Shown: positions 19,026 through 28,333 of the stretch, piece after piece
Numbering within the stretch: the stretch's first letter is position 1
Layout: the number at the start of each line of letters is the position of its first letter
Position numbers and translations under genes: made by a program
UHGV virus genome: UHGV-1364441
Direction: 5' to 3' (one strand)
DNA length: 64,000 nt
Origin: a virus
The notes under the pieces: generated by a model
Database searches by the model: none
Told to the model about the DNA's origin: nothing
Seen by the model: the letters and a program-made list of their open reading frames with translations, nothing else

Positions 19026-19297
19026 ATATCGACACGACAATAACGATCGATACGCTCCTAAATACCGGTCTGGCACTTCTCGGTTGGTTTTACATCATGT
19101 TCAGTGCGGGGAAGTGGGCGGCCTCTGTTTTTCTAAAGCAGTGGGGAAAGCGCCGCAAACAGGAAAAACGCCAGAAAGCGTTGGAGGCGTTCTATGACGC
19201 ATTTGAACTTAGCCGCATTGAACCAGGCACAACAGCGAGGATAGCGACAAAAGGCGACCTGATGATAGTGATGTTCAGACAGGAGAAAACCAAATGA
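19022..19297 (+). CDS. Small membrane protein
   Basis: One predicted TM helix; GTG start. Confidence 0.4.
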   Translation: MNIDTTITIDTLLNTGLALLGWFYIMFSAGKWAASVFLKQWGKRRKQEKRQKALEAFYDAFELSRIEPGTTARIATKGDLMIVMFRQEKTK

Positions 19298-19518
19298 CAG
19301 AACAGACGATGACAAATCGCGAACTTGTTGATGCCGCGATTGAACTTGCTGGCGATTTTTATTCCATGATGGGTTACGAGCATCGACCTGGTTTTAAGTA
19401 TTGGGAGTCACCGCATCCGCAAGAACAACAGGTGTTTGAAATGGCCTGCCGTGCTTTTGAGGTTATTCGCGGTTCTGATGTGATGGATGCCGTTGCCGAC
19501 TTGGAGGATGAAGAGTGA
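19294..19518 (+). CDS. Hypothetical protein (74 aa)
   Basis: Coupled ORF in same operon. Confidence 0.45.
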   Translation: MTEQTMTNRELVDAAIELAGDFYSMMGYEHRPGFKYWESPHPQEQQVFEMACRAFEVIRGSDVMDAVADLEDEE

Positions 19519-19826
19519 GCATCATTAAAGAAATGCCGGTAGAACGTGATGAATATGGCTGCTGGACACATCCGGAGTATGAAAAGTTTTGCGCAGGTCG
19601 TGAATATATATCCACTGAGGAATTTGACGCCTGGATGAAGGAAAATAATCTTCAGTGGACTATTCGCAGTATGGATGAAGATGATTTTGATCTGGACGCA
19701 GCTGGTCCCGATATTGCCGCCTGGGAACCGGAGCGACCAGAGGGTGAAGGCTGGTTTGTTGGCTCTATTCATGACACTGAAGATGGTCCAGTTTGTATCT
19801 GGCTGCGGGAGAAGGTTGCCGCATGA
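19515..19826 (+). CDS. Hypothetical acidic protein (103 aa)
   Basis: Coupled ORF in same operon. Confidence 0.45.
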   Translation: MSIIKEMPVERDEYGCWTHPEYEKFCAGREYISTEEFDAWMKENNLQWTIRSMDEDDFDLDAAGPDIAAWEPERPEGEGWFVGSIHDTEDGPVCIWLREKVAA

Positions 19827-20515
19827 TCCAGGCTCTGCATGAAGTGAATTTATATAGCCGTATTGATGGTTCAGGCTACAGAAACATATGGGTTGTTGGT
19901 GATTTGCACGGTTGCTACACCCTACTTATGAATGAACTCCATCGTGTGGATTTTGACCCGACACAGGATTTACTGATATCGGTTGGCGACCTTATCGATC
20001 GCGGCGCCGAAAATGTTGAATGCCTGGAGCTATTGCAGATGCCCTGGTTCAGGGCAGTAGTGGGGAACCATGAGCTGTTGATGCTCGATGCGTTAAGTCC
20101 TGATGGCAACGTGAATAACTGGCTAATGAATGGCGGTCAATGGTTCTTCATGCTGGACGCTGATCAGGAAATATTAGCCAGGGCGCTGGTGGAGTTGGTA
20201 AGACGACTGCCCTATATCATTGAGTTGAACACCGGGCAAGAAACTATCGTTATAGCCCATGCCGACTATCCGGATAATGAATATCAATTCGGTAAGGAGG
20301 TGCCGCTTTTCAACGTTGTCTGGGCGCGCGAGCGTATCAGTGATTCGATAGATGGCATTGGTGGAGAAATCACAGGCGCAGATCGCTTTATCTTTGGGCA
20401 CACACCGGTACGAAGACCAAAAGCATACTGGAATCAGCACTACATAGACACGGGCGCGGTTTTTTGCGGAAATCTGACGCTAATGCAGGTGAAGGGAGGA
20501 CAGCTTAAAGTCTGA
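19823..20515 (+). CDS. Serine/threonine protein phosphatase (lambda PP / PrpA-like metallophosphatase)
   Basis: GDLHG, GDLIDRG, GNHE motifs; ATG 19823 overlaps upstream stop. Confidence 0.85.
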   Translation: MIQALHEVNLYSRIDGSGYRNIWVVGDLHGCYTLLMNELHRVDFDPTQDLLISVGDLIDRGAENVECLELLQMPWFRAVVGNHELLMLDALSPDGNVNNWLMNGGQWFFMLDADQEILARALVELVRRLPYIIELNTGQETIVIAHADYPDNEYQFGKEVPLFNVVWARERISDSIDGIGGEITGADRFIFGHTPVRRPKAYWNQHYIDTGAVFCGNLTLMQVKGGQLKV

Positions 20516-20535
20516 TCAAATCATTTACGCACTCA

Positions 20536-20574
20536 AAATGTGTTAGAACATTGATTTTAGTTTTCTAACATATT
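20536..20574. promoter_or_regulatory. Operator-like inverted pair TGTTAGA-N16-TCTAACA between the phosphatase and DUF968-like genes
   Basis: Read directly. Confidence 0.5.
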
Positions 20575-20612
20575 ATTTTACCGCTCGGAACAAAACAGAG
20601 TCGGTATACATT

Positions 20613-21608
20613 ATGAGTGCAATAATCACACCTCATTTCGTAAACGGAGCTGGTGTGGCTGTCTTTCCGGTAGACAAGCCCACCAGTAACTACATTGGCG
20701 TAGGTCGCCGTTTCATTATCTCCCCACTTCCGCGTGAACAGGCTGAAAACACGCCAGATGGCGTAGTGGATCTGAATTATTCGCTGGTTGCCAACCAGTC
20801 TCTGAAACCGTTTTTTCAAAGCGAGCGCGTATTTAACGCGTTGGGCGGTGAAGATTCGCTTGTTCATTGGGTAAGTTCCAATATCCACGATTGCCAGGCG
20901 CACGATAAGCGCGATTGCAGCCACCAGCTAACCACTCATTTCTATAACGGCTCTGCCGTTCGCCTGTGCTGGAAGCATGATGCGGAATACATGATGAAGG
21001 GGTACAGCAAGCTGGACGACCAGTTATCCCTGAATCGTGCCAACTGGGTTATGAACTGGGCTGCGAGCGAGTTAAAACTACCGCCAGAACGCGATCTGAG
21101 CATGGTTGAACTCACTTTTTGGGCCATTCGCCGGAATCTGAAAGATGAGCTGCCAGATGAAGCCGGTCGCATTGCATTTTGTCAGCCAAAAACTGAAATC
21201 CCTACCGGTACGCTGAAAGAATCAGATATCACCTGGGAGCACAGTACCCGCGAGCTGGTGGACATAACCGCAGAGCAGATCGTCAACCTGTCTGTAGATG
21301 AGGATTCCGGCCTGCTTTATATGCGCCGACCAAAAGCGGTCCTCGGTAAAAGCCCGGCTTATCTCCGGTTTGTGGTTTCTCGTCCGTGCATCGGATGCGG
21401 TGGCAAAGTTAACCACCCGTTCATATACCGCGCCCGCTCGTTAAACGAACACGACCGCTGGGCTGTTCCTCTTTGCGATGACTGCGCCAGAAGCGCAGAA
21501 AACGATGTCCGGGCATGGGAAAAAGCACATGGCATACGCCTTTACGTAGCCGCTAACCAGCTTTTTGACTTCGCCATCGAGCGCGGAGTGATCACTTTCA
21601 ATAACTGA
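20613..21608 (+). CDS. DUF968-like prophage protein with C-terminal Cys/His (HNH-like) cluster
   Basis: CIGCGG ... H ... CDDC motif; general resemblance to YdfU-type lambdoid proteins. Confidence 0.5.
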   Translation: MSAIITPHFVNGAGVAVFPVDKPTSNYIGVGRRFIISPLPREQAENTPDGVVDLNYSLVANQSLKPFFQSERVFNALGGEDSLVHWVSSNIHDCQAHDKRDCSHQLTTHFYNGSAVRLCWKHDAEYMMKGYSKLDDQLSLNRANWVMNWAASELKLPPERDLSMVELTFWAIRRNLKDELPDEAGRIAFCQPKTEIPTGTLKESDITWEHSTRELVDITAEQIVNLSVDEDSGLLYMRRPKAVLGKSPAYLRFVVSRPCIGCGGKVNHPFIYRARSLNEHDRWAVPLCDDCARSAENDVRAWEKAHGIRLYVAANQLFDFAIERGVITFNN

Positions 21609-21624
21609 TGAGGTGGATCAAAAA

Positions 21625-22314
21625 ATGAAAGAACGCGGGATGATTTTTAACGATGAGATGGTCAGGGCCATCCTCGAAGGAGGGAAGACGCAGACTCGCC
21701 GACCTGTAAAAAATGTCAGGGCCGATAACTGCCTGGTTATCCGTAAACCGACAAAGAAACGCAATGGTGTCTATACCCACGTTATGGATGCACCTGAACA
21801 TGGTTTATGCCCGTTCGGTAACGTTGGTGATCGCATATGGGTCCGTGAGGCGTGGGCGATATTAGGCAATGAGGATGGTTGCAGTGTGGACTGGAACGAC
21901 AACCTTTGTCGTGGCGATGAGAAGAACGCAGCAAGGATTTATCGGGCCAGTTGTGAGCAAAAGCCGGGTGATTACGGCTTGTGGTCGATACCCGATGATG
22001 CCGACTGGAAACCTCACACTGTGAATGAAAAATTTGATGGCGGGTGGTGTCCATCAATTCACATGCCGCGCTGGGCATCGCGCATTCTTCTGGAAATTAC
22101 CAACGTGCGCGTTGAGCGGTTGAACGATATCAGCGAATGCGATGCAAGGGCTGAGGGCGCACCAACAGAATCGACCCTCATTGGCGATAAGCATTACCCA
22201 AGTTTCCGTAGCCTATGGAAATCAATTTATGGCGAAGATAGTTGGAACGCTAATCCCTGGGTGTGGGTAATCGAGTTTAAGCGTATTCAGGGGGCAACCA
22301 GTGAGCAAAATTAA
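21625..22314 (+). CDS. Conserved prophage hypothetical protein
   Basis: EMVRAILEGGKTQTRR N-terminal pattern; ATG 21625 with GAGGTGGA RBS. Confidence 0.5.
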   Translation: MKERGMIFNDEMVRAILEGGKTQTRRPVKNVRADNCLVIRKPTKKRNGVYTHVMDAPEHGLCPFGNVGDRIWVREAWAILGNEDGCSVDWNDNLCRGDEKNAARIYRASCEQKPGDYGLWSIPDDADWKPHTVNEKFDGGWCPSIHMPRWASRILLEITNVRVERLNDISECDARAEGAPTESTLIGDKHYPSFRSLWKSIYGEDSWNANPWVWVIEFKRIQGATSEQN

Positions 22315-22999
22315 CTATCAAGAACTGCGCGAGGCGGCGGAACAGGCAACGCAAGATGAATGGGTAGCATATATTTTGCCGGGTCATAACGGCATTTATC
22401 CTGCGCGCACGTCTGAGGGTAGGCATTGCGGATACTTTATTGACTGGCCTGGCATTGATGGACAAAGGAATGCTGGTGCTAATGCCCGTTATATCGCGGC
22501 CATCCCACCAAAAGTTGCGCTGGCACTCCTGGGCGAAATTAAGCGCCTGGAGGACACAAATATTGATGCTATGTGCCGAATAGCACCGCTTGAGACTAAG
22601 CTCGCGGCTCTGGTGGCAGAGAACGCCGGGCTGAAACTCGCAATGGCTGTAACTCTTGATCATGTGTCGGTCACGGATGCAGGGCAGGCCGGAGTTGCTG
22701 CAATGATTATCAACGATGCTCTGCACCACAGCGAAACCCCAGCCACCGATGCTTTTCTGGCTGAAGGGAAGACTGAAGCACGCAAGGAAGGCGCTTATTT
22801 TGTGGCGAACAGAATGTTGGCAGCCTGGAAAGCTGGTTTTATTGATGATACTGCGAAGAACGCTGCGGATATTGCCCGGATGATCCTTACCTCTACTGAG
22901 TTTATGACTAATGCGCCGGAAAGCCATTTTGATCGCTCATTCTCTGATGGCGTTCTCGAAGATATCGCCGAACAGCTTCGTAAAGGAGTCATCCAATGA
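22301..22999 (+). CDS. Ea22-like prophage protein (paralog 1)
   Basis: N-terminus MSKINYQELREAAEQATQDEW; coiled-coil middle. Confidence 0.5.
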   Translation: MSKINYQELREAAEQATQDEWVAYILPGHNGIYPARTSEGRHCGYFIDWPGIDGQRNAGANARYIAAIPPKVALALLGEIKRLEDTNIDAMCRIAPLETKLAALVAENAGLKLAMAVTLDHVSVTDAGQAGVAAMIINDALHHSETPATDAFLAEGKTEARKEGAYFVANRMLAAWKAGFIDDTAKNAADIARMILTSTEFMTNAPESHFDRSFSDGVLEDIAEQLRKGVIQ

Positions 23000-23499
23000 G
23001 CAAGATTGACTATCAGGCACTGCGTGAGGCGGCAGAGAAAGCAACGTGGGGAGACTGGGACTCATATAAACCACACCGTGGCGCACGTGGTTATGAGGTC
23101 CGACTAAGTAGTCAGGCCATCGCGCAACACGTTCTGAAAAACAACGCTGAATTTATTGCTGCCTTTAATCCAAAGATTGCATTGGCACTACTGGATGAAC
23201 GGGAAAGGAACCAGCAATACATCAAATCCCGCGACCAGGAGAACGAGGATATTGCGCTAACGGTAGGGAAGCTGCGCGAGAAGCTGGAAGCCGCAGAGAA
23301 GCGCATTGCAGAGTTAGAAAGTGGTTCTCAGGCACAAAAGTTAGTTGAAGCAATCATTGTTGCGATAGAAAACGAACAGGAAAGGCTTTTTGATGAAGAT
23401 TACCTAATGGATTCGAAAGAATGCATTGACGTAATTCGTGAAGAAGTAAAGCGATGGAATGATTCCCGTGCCGCTGGCATTCGCATCAAAGGAGAGTGA
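22996..23499 (+). CDS. Ea22-like prophage protein (paralog 2)
   Basis: N-terminus MSKIDYQALREAAEKATWGDW, nearly identical to paralog 1. Confidence 0.5.
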   Translation: MSKIDYQALREAAEKATWGDWDSYKPHRGARGYEVRLSSQAIAQHVLKNNAEFIAAFNPKIALALLDERERNQQYIKSRDQENEDIALTVGKLREKLEAAEKRIAELESGSQAQKLVEAIIVAIENEQERLFDEDYLMDSKECIDVIREEVKRWNDSRAAGIRIKGE

Positions 23500-23500
23500 T

Positions 23501-23695
23501 ATGGCAACCAACAACCGTAAAGCAAAGATTCTGTTAGTTCGTAGAAACGCTCCTGGCGTCTGGCAGTGGGTGAGACTCAGCAACCGACGGATGGGGTTGA
23601 TGAAATATTACGGGATGATGGATTGTGGTTTTTGCAAAAAGCCCAGCGCGGCGCAAAACCGCTGGAAAAACCATTTGCGCACTAAAGGAGAGTGA
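23501..23695 (+). CDS. Small hypothetical protein (64 aa)
   Basis: ATG preceded by AAAGGAGAGTGAT RBS block that is duplicated at 23697. Confidence 0.35.
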   Translation: MATNNRKAKILLVRRNAPGVWQWVRLSNRRMGLMKYYGMMDCGFCKKPSAAQNRWKNHLRTKGE

Positions 23696-23696
23696 T

Positions 23697-23906
23697 ATGG
23701 CTATTGCCGCAAGTTACACCATGCATCTCTATTGTGACTGCCGCCAGTGTACGGAAGGTGTATATCCAGTGCCAGACTTCGGTGAATATATCGGTACGTC
23801 ATGGGCTGGCTGTGCAAAAGAGGCACGTAAGGATGGCTGGCGAATAAGCAAAGACAAAACACGTGCTTTTGCGCCCGGGCATAAAGTTTTGAGGATTAAC
23901 AAATGA
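23697..23906 (+). CDS. Small Cys-rich protein (69 aa)
   Basis: CDCRQC ... C motif; same duplicated RBS block upstream. Confidence 0.4.
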   Translation: MAIAASYTMHLYCDCRQCTEGVYPVPDFGEYIGTSWAGCAKEARKDGWRISKDKTRAFAPGHKVLRINK

Positions 23907-24592
23907 CCACTTTAACCGACAAAGAACTGATTAAAGAAATCAAAGAGCGTATCAGCAGCCTGGACGTTCGAGACAATATTGAACGCCGGGCTTATGAAAT
24001 TGCACTGGCATCGCTGGAAGCAGATCCAGTTGCTTATATTTTCAAACATCCGGCCGGGAAATTATTCTGGGCTTTAACGGATGAAAGCAATAAAGAGCAA
24101 CCGGACGTTATTCCTGTTTATGCTGCCGCGCCTGCGTCGGTTGTGCCGGATAATGCATCAGAGCCTCTTGCTTATGCTTACAAAGAGCTTACGCCTGAGA
24201 TTATGCGCAACCAGGCTGCCGAATCCAATCGCGGTAATGAGTGGACCGGCAATCCTGATATTGATAACGCCATCATCATGCTCGACCGCATAGATACGCT
24301 GGAAAATTGCGATGATGACCGTATTGAGGCTGTTAAGGCTGTTTTGCGTAGACTGGCTGGCAACTCTCCGGTAACTCCGGATGGTTGGATAAGCTGTAGT
24401 GAGCGAATGCCGGATAGCAAAACAGCCGTTCTTGTTGCCAGGGAGTTTGACAGGAAAGGTGACTGGCGAATGAAATGGGCGACTTACATCCCGGGGCATC
24501 CTGACGCTAATGATGGGTGGATAATTCCAGGTGCGTCGTGGATACCATCACACTGGATGCCGCTACCAGAACCGCCGCAGGAGGCGAAATGA
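23903..24592 (+). CDS. DUF551-like prophage protein
   Basis: C-terminal W...HWMPLPEPP pattern. Confidence 0.5.
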   Translation: MTTLTDKELIKEIKERISSLDVRDNIERRAYEIALASLEADPVAYIFKHPAGKLFWALTDESNKEQPDVIPVYAAAPASVVPDNASEPLAYAYKELTPEIMRNQAAESNRGNEWTGNPDIDNAIIMLDRIDTLENCDDDRIEAVKAVLRRLAGNSPVTPDGWISCSERMPDSKTAVLVAREFDRKGDWRMKWATYIPGHPDANDGWIIPGASWIPSHWMPLPEPPQEAK

Positions 24593-24849
24593 TGGATGTA
24601 AAAGAGAAGGTTTTGCAGGTGATGCGTTCCCGGGCTGCCCTGCAAGATAAAGCTCTCGGCGGGGAATATCCATTCAGGATGGCAACCTGGAATTTGCGGT
24701 TGGCAATGGAGAAGGAATTTCCTGATGAAGAATGGCGCTCGGCAGATTTGCGCAAAATTCTTATGGAGCTGGCTAAAGACGGAACAGTATCCAAAGATAC
24801 CCATGCCAGCCGGATTGGTCAGGCGGTATGGAGACTGGAGGTGAGGTAA
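24589..24849 (+). CDS. Hypothetical protein (86 aa)
   Basis: ATGA-coupled start. Confidence 0.4.
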   Translation: MMDVKEKVLQVMRSRAALQDKALGGEYPFRMATWNLRLAMEKEFPDEEWRSADLRKILMELAKDGTVSKDTHASRIGQAVWRLEVR

Positions 24850-25130
24850 TGGCTAACCTGCAACTTGCCGTCAAAGGTGAATACTTCGATGACATGATTC
24901 GCGGGGAGAAAACGGAAGAGTATCGCCTGTGTAATGGCTACTGGAATAAGCGAATCATGTTCCGGGAATATGACCGCCTGATTATCACAAAGGGATATCC
25001 GAAGCGCGACGATTCCAGTCGCAGAATAGACGTCCCGTATAACGGATATGAAATCAAGACAATCACACATCCGCACTTCGGTGATAAACCGGTAAAGGTG
25101 TACGCGATAAAGGTGAATATCAATGGCTAA
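24849..25130 (+). CDS. Hypothetical protein (93 aa)
   Basis: TAATG-coupled start at MANLQLAVKGE. Confidence 0.4.
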   Translation: MANLQLAVKGEYFDDMIRGEKTEEYRLCNGYWNKRIMFREYDRLIITKGYPKRDDSSRRIDVPYNGYEIKTITHPHFGDKPVKVYAIKVNING

Positions 25131-25575
25131 ATTTCAAAGAGCTATTATTTTTCTGGCTATGTTATCAGCCAGTCATTTATCCCACGCGTCAGTTATTGCC
25201 GCTGGAGCGGCGGCAACAGCGGCGGCAACAGCGGCGGCAACAGCAGCGGCAACAGCAGCGACCACGGCGGCAGTAAATGCTTCTATCGCCAGCGAGCAAG
25301 CGCGGCGTGCTGCAACCAATGCTTCCGCAAACACCACCACGGTATCAGTCACACAATCAAAACCGAATATAGGCTTTGTTACTTGCGGAAAGAGGAATAG
25401 CGAAATGGTTGGTTCTCTTGGTTGTGTAATGTGGCAAGAGGACGATAGACCTGAAATCCCGTGGAACTCATGGCCTGGTTACATTCTTGGTAAGAAGATA
25501 CCCACCAGCTATGAAGTAAATGCTATTTCATTCGACCAATATAACGGTGTTGCAACGGTGTATTTTCTGTATTAA
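25123..25575 (+). CDS. Secreted protein with Ala/Thr repeat (AAAT)n
   Basis: Signal peptide then AAATAAATAAATAAAT encoded by a 12-bp tandem repeat. Confidence 0.5.
   Translation: MAKFQRAIIFLAMLSASHLSHASVIAAGAAATAAATAAATAAATAATTAAVNASIASEQARRAATNASANTTTVSVTQSKPNIGFVTCGKRNSEMVGSLGCVMWQEDDRPEIPWNSWPGYILGKKIPTSYEVNAISFDQYNGVATVYFLY
25207..25260 (+). repeat. Tandem 12-bp repeat GCGGCGGCAACA x3 plus GCAGCGGCAACA and a partial unit
   Basis: Read directly inside the 25123-25575 CDS. Confidence 0.7.
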
Positions 25576-25587
25576 CACGGAGTAATT

Positions 25588-25881
25588 ATGTGGCGTGGTA
25601 ATAGTCATGGCAGAAGCCAGATGATACTTACCGAATATACGTTAGACCACAAAACCAATAAATCACGCTCAGTATATTTGCTTCGGCACAATAGCCGCGT
25701 AAGGAATACCGTGCTGGAGCAAAATCTGACCGTTGAAATGGATAATTTTGGGAACTTCAAGCCAACAATAGCGCTTGATGATTTTCCGCGTGGTTTAAGC
25801 GAAAGAGAAGCAATGCTTAAATTAGCAGAATGGCTACAGAGATTAAGTATTGCTATTGAAGATAACTGGAGCAATCCGTAA
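25588..25881 (+). CDS. Hypothetical protein (97 aa)
   Basis: ORF with downstream coupled small ORF. Confidence 0.4.
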   Translation: MWRGNSHGRSQMILTEYTLDHKTNKSRSVYLLRHNSRVRNTVLEQNLTVEMDNFGNFKPTIALDDFPRGLSEREAMLKLAEWLQRLSIAIEDNWSNP

Positions 25882-26039
25882 TGAAAAATAAAAAGTTTTG
25901 GTCTACGTTTTTATTTGTCTGTGTTTGTGGCTTTTTTGTTGCTTTAGCTGGTGGCGTAGAATGGGGAACGGAGAACTGCGGCGTAATGGTTGGTGACACC
26001 TTATTACTCGCGGGCATGTTAGCTTTTATTCGTTCATGA
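25881..26039 (+). CDS. Small membrane protein, 52 aa (MKNKKFWSTFLFVCVCGFFVALAGG...), not in ORF track
   Basis: Own translation; TAATG overlap with upstream stop. Confidence 0.35.
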   Translation: MKNKKFWSTFLFVCVCGFFVALAGGVEWGTENCGVMVGDTLLLAGMLAFIRS

Positions 26040-26121
26040 GAAAGATTCAAACCACCAGCAATATTATTACCCCTGTCGTTACGGCAGGGGGCTGCAACAC
26101 TGTGTAATTGAGTAATTTTAT

Positions 26122-26496
26122 ATGATGACATTCAAACATTTTCTTGACCGTCCATTATGGGCGGCAGCCGCAGGCTATGACTTTAATTATATGGATTGCA
26201 TGTCTTATACCGCCAATGCATACGACCATTCCTTCAGTCTGCTGTTTAATTCTTTAAGAATATTGCCGCAAACAGAAGTTGGAGAGCTTCATTTATGGCT
26301 ATTGGGCTTTATCGCGGCTGGAGTTGGTATTGCTGTATGGCCTTTTATTTTCTGGCTGGTGGCTGTTGTAGTGTGGTTTAAGTGCAAGGCATACCGGAAT
26401 AAGTATTTCTTAGGTGATGGAATGACTGATATTGCCAAAAGGAACATTGAAAATTGGACCAAAGAATGCGAAAAGAAATGGAGCAACAAGAAATGA
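26122..26496 (+). CDS. Membrane protein
   Basis: Hydrophobic segment LHLWLLGFIAAGVGIAVWPFIFWLVAVVVWF. Confidence 0.45.
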   Translation: MMTFKHFLDRPLWAAAAGYDFNYMDCMSYTANAYDHSFSLLFNSLRILPQTEVGELHLWLLGFIAAGVGIAVWPFIFWLVAVVVWFKCKAYRNKYFLGDGMTDIAKRNIENWTKECEKKWSNKK

Positions 26497-27209
26497 CCAG
26501 AATCACTAAATTGCGCATATCAGAGATTATTGCACGCATCGAAATGTATGGACACGGTGCTGGATATACGGCAGATGAGGTGTTGGAGCTTGCCAAAATA
26601 GCGTTAGCAACCTGCAAGGATGGTGAAACCATAAAGCTGATTGACTTGTTGGTGCAGGAGCTGCCAAAGCGTGGAGGGTGGCCTGATGATGTGCTCGATT
26701 GTCGCATGGTTAGAGAGGACGAGTATGAACCATCATATGGCCTCTTTGCTTTTGGCTCTGACCCAGCAAAAAGCCTGCGAGGACGCCATTTTTGCCTTGA
26801 GGTCAGACTCCCGATAAGTAACCTTGATCGTGAGGAATACACGGAAATAATTTCGCGCAAACAATACGAAGAGGCTCTAGAAGCATCCAGTAAGTTAAAT
26901 TTTGAGCAATGGCTGGAACAGCAACGCGGGAAAATCGATGTGGACTGTGGTTGTGTGTCCACTGAAACATTCATGCACTGGCTGCGGGTAGCTTACGAGG
27001 CTGGCAACCATCCGGATTTTCCGGATAGTTCCCAACAATCGCCCAAGAAAAGCGTAAAAACCACTCTGGAAAGAGGCTATCTTGAGGCCGCATTAAAGAT
27101 TAAGCCGGGCCATACGCTAGGCGTCATTGATGCCATGTTGGTTCATGAAATGGCGAAGGCTTTATTGCCGCTGGTGGCTGATAAAATTCCGAATAAAGCC
27201 GATATCTGA
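26493..27209 (+). CDS. Hypothetical protein (238 aa)
   Basis: ATGA-coupled start at MTRITKLRI. Confidence 0.5.
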   Translation: MTRITKLRISEIIARIEMYGHGAGYTADEVLELAKIALATCKDGETIKLIDLLVQELPKRGGWPDDVLDCRMVREDEYEPSYGLFAFGSDPAKSLRGRHFCLEVRLPISNLDREEYTEIISRKQYEEALEASSKLNFEQWLEQQRGKIDVDCGCVSTETFMHWLRVAYEAGNHPDFPDSSQQSPKKSVKTTLERGYLEAALKIKPGHTLGVIDAMLVHEMAKALLPLVADKIPNKADI

Positions 27210-27248
27210 TCACCATGCTAAAATCCCCTCAATTCACAGAGGGGATTT

Positions 27249-27521
27249 TTGTATATGTTGCATAGAGTTTTATGGAAAAGCGTTATTGTCGGCGCGATCT
27301 TGGCTATGTCTGGGTGTGCTATGGTGCAATACAATGACGGAGAAAAGGTTAGCATCCAGTCAGATGGTTGGTATGGCCTGGATAGCCTGCAAAAAACAGC
27401 GGATAAAGCCTGCCAGCAATACGGAAAGTCTAAAGCCGTATATCAGCATAGTGCTAACGCTAATCCTCATCTTGCGCCCGGAACAGGCGTTCAGAATACC
27501 ATCTGGAAATGTGAGCCTTAA
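27249..27521 (+). CDS. Small lipoprotein
   Basis: Signal peptide with lipobox-like LAMSGC. Confidence 0.5.
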   Translation: MYMLHRVLWKSVIVGAILAMSGCAMVQYNDGEKVSIQSDGWYGLDSLQKTADKACQQYGKSKAVYQHSANANPHLAPGTGVQNTIWKCEP

Positions 27522-27523
27522 AT

Positions 27524-27775
27524 ATGAGCGACTGGAATATTGCAGCTAAAAGTCAGGAAGAACGGGATAAGGTTAACGTTGATCTGGCTGCCAGCGGTGT
27601 GGCGTACAAAGAGCGATTGAACATACCTGTCATAGCTGAACAGGTAGCCCGCGAGCAACCAGAGAATCTGCGCACCTATTTCATGGAACGGCTACGGCAC
27701 TACCGGCAGTTAAGCCTCCAGTTGCCAAAAGGGAGCGATCCGGTGTATCAGAACGAGGATGCACCAAAAAAATAA
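27524..27775 (+). CDS. Hypothetical protein (83 aa)
   Basis: ORF directly after the lipoprotein gene. Confidence 0.4.
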   Translation: MSDWNIAAKSQEERDKVNVDLAASGVAYKERLNIPVIAEQVAREQPENLRTYFMERLRHYRQLSLQLPKGSDPVYQNEDAPKK

Positions 27776-27860
27776 CGGCAAGATGGGGGAGAAATGTGAT
27801 TAGCCCCCAGCGTGGCGCGCCTACAAACCCAGCTTTCACAAACTATGCCTTTTCAATGTA

Positions 27861-27880
27861 TACTGTATGAATAAACAGTA
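27861..27880. promoter_or_regulatory. LexA (SOS) box TACTGTATGAATAAACAGTA
   Basis: Perfect CTGT-N8-ACAG palindrome about 20 bp upstream of the HumD-like start. Confidence 0.7.
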
Positions 27881-27898
27881 TCATTAAGGTAAAACGCT

Positions 27899-28288
27899 AT
27901 GGGCTTCCCTTCTCCTGCGGCGGATTATGCAGAGAGCCGCATTTCTCTTGATCAGCAACTAATCAGACATCCTTCCGCGACCTACTTCATGCGGGCGGCA
28001 GACAGCCATCACCGTGAGGGAATATTGCAAGGTGCTTTGCTGGTGGTTGATTCCTCACTTACTCCGGTTGATGGTTCACTGCTTATATGCGCTATGGAGG
28101 GTGAATATCGCATAAAGAGATACAGGAAATATCCGCGCCAGCACCTGGAGGATTTAAGCACCGGGAAGAAAGAGGCGTTACCAGTAGATGACGATGGATG
28201 CACGGGCAGTAATGCTGTTTTTGGTGTGATCACTTATGTCATTAATGATGCCAGAAGTGGGGAGTTTGATTATAGACCTGTGATTTAA
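27899..28288 (+). CDS. humD: UmuD'-like protein (P1 HumD type, S24 LexA/UmuD fold)
   Basis: FPSPAADY ... SATYF ... LLVVDS ... EYRIKR pattern parallel to UmuD without the N-terminal cleaved tail. Confidence 0.7.
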   Translation: MGFPSPAADYAESRISLDQQLIRHPSATYFMRAADSHHREGILQGALLVVDSSLTPVDGSLLICAMEGEYRIKRYRKYPRQHLEDLSTGKKEALPVDDDGCTGSNAVFGVITYVINDARSGEFDYRPVI

Positions 28289-28333
28289 GGCGCATAAAGA
28301 AGCCCGCCAGACCAGGCGGGCTTTTTGTTGATA

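Noticed and set aside
25207-25260. Tandem repeats as a possible CRISPR array
   Set aside because: Units are 12 bp with no spacers and lie in-frame within a CDS; no CRISPR-like repeat-spacer structure exists anywhere in the window.
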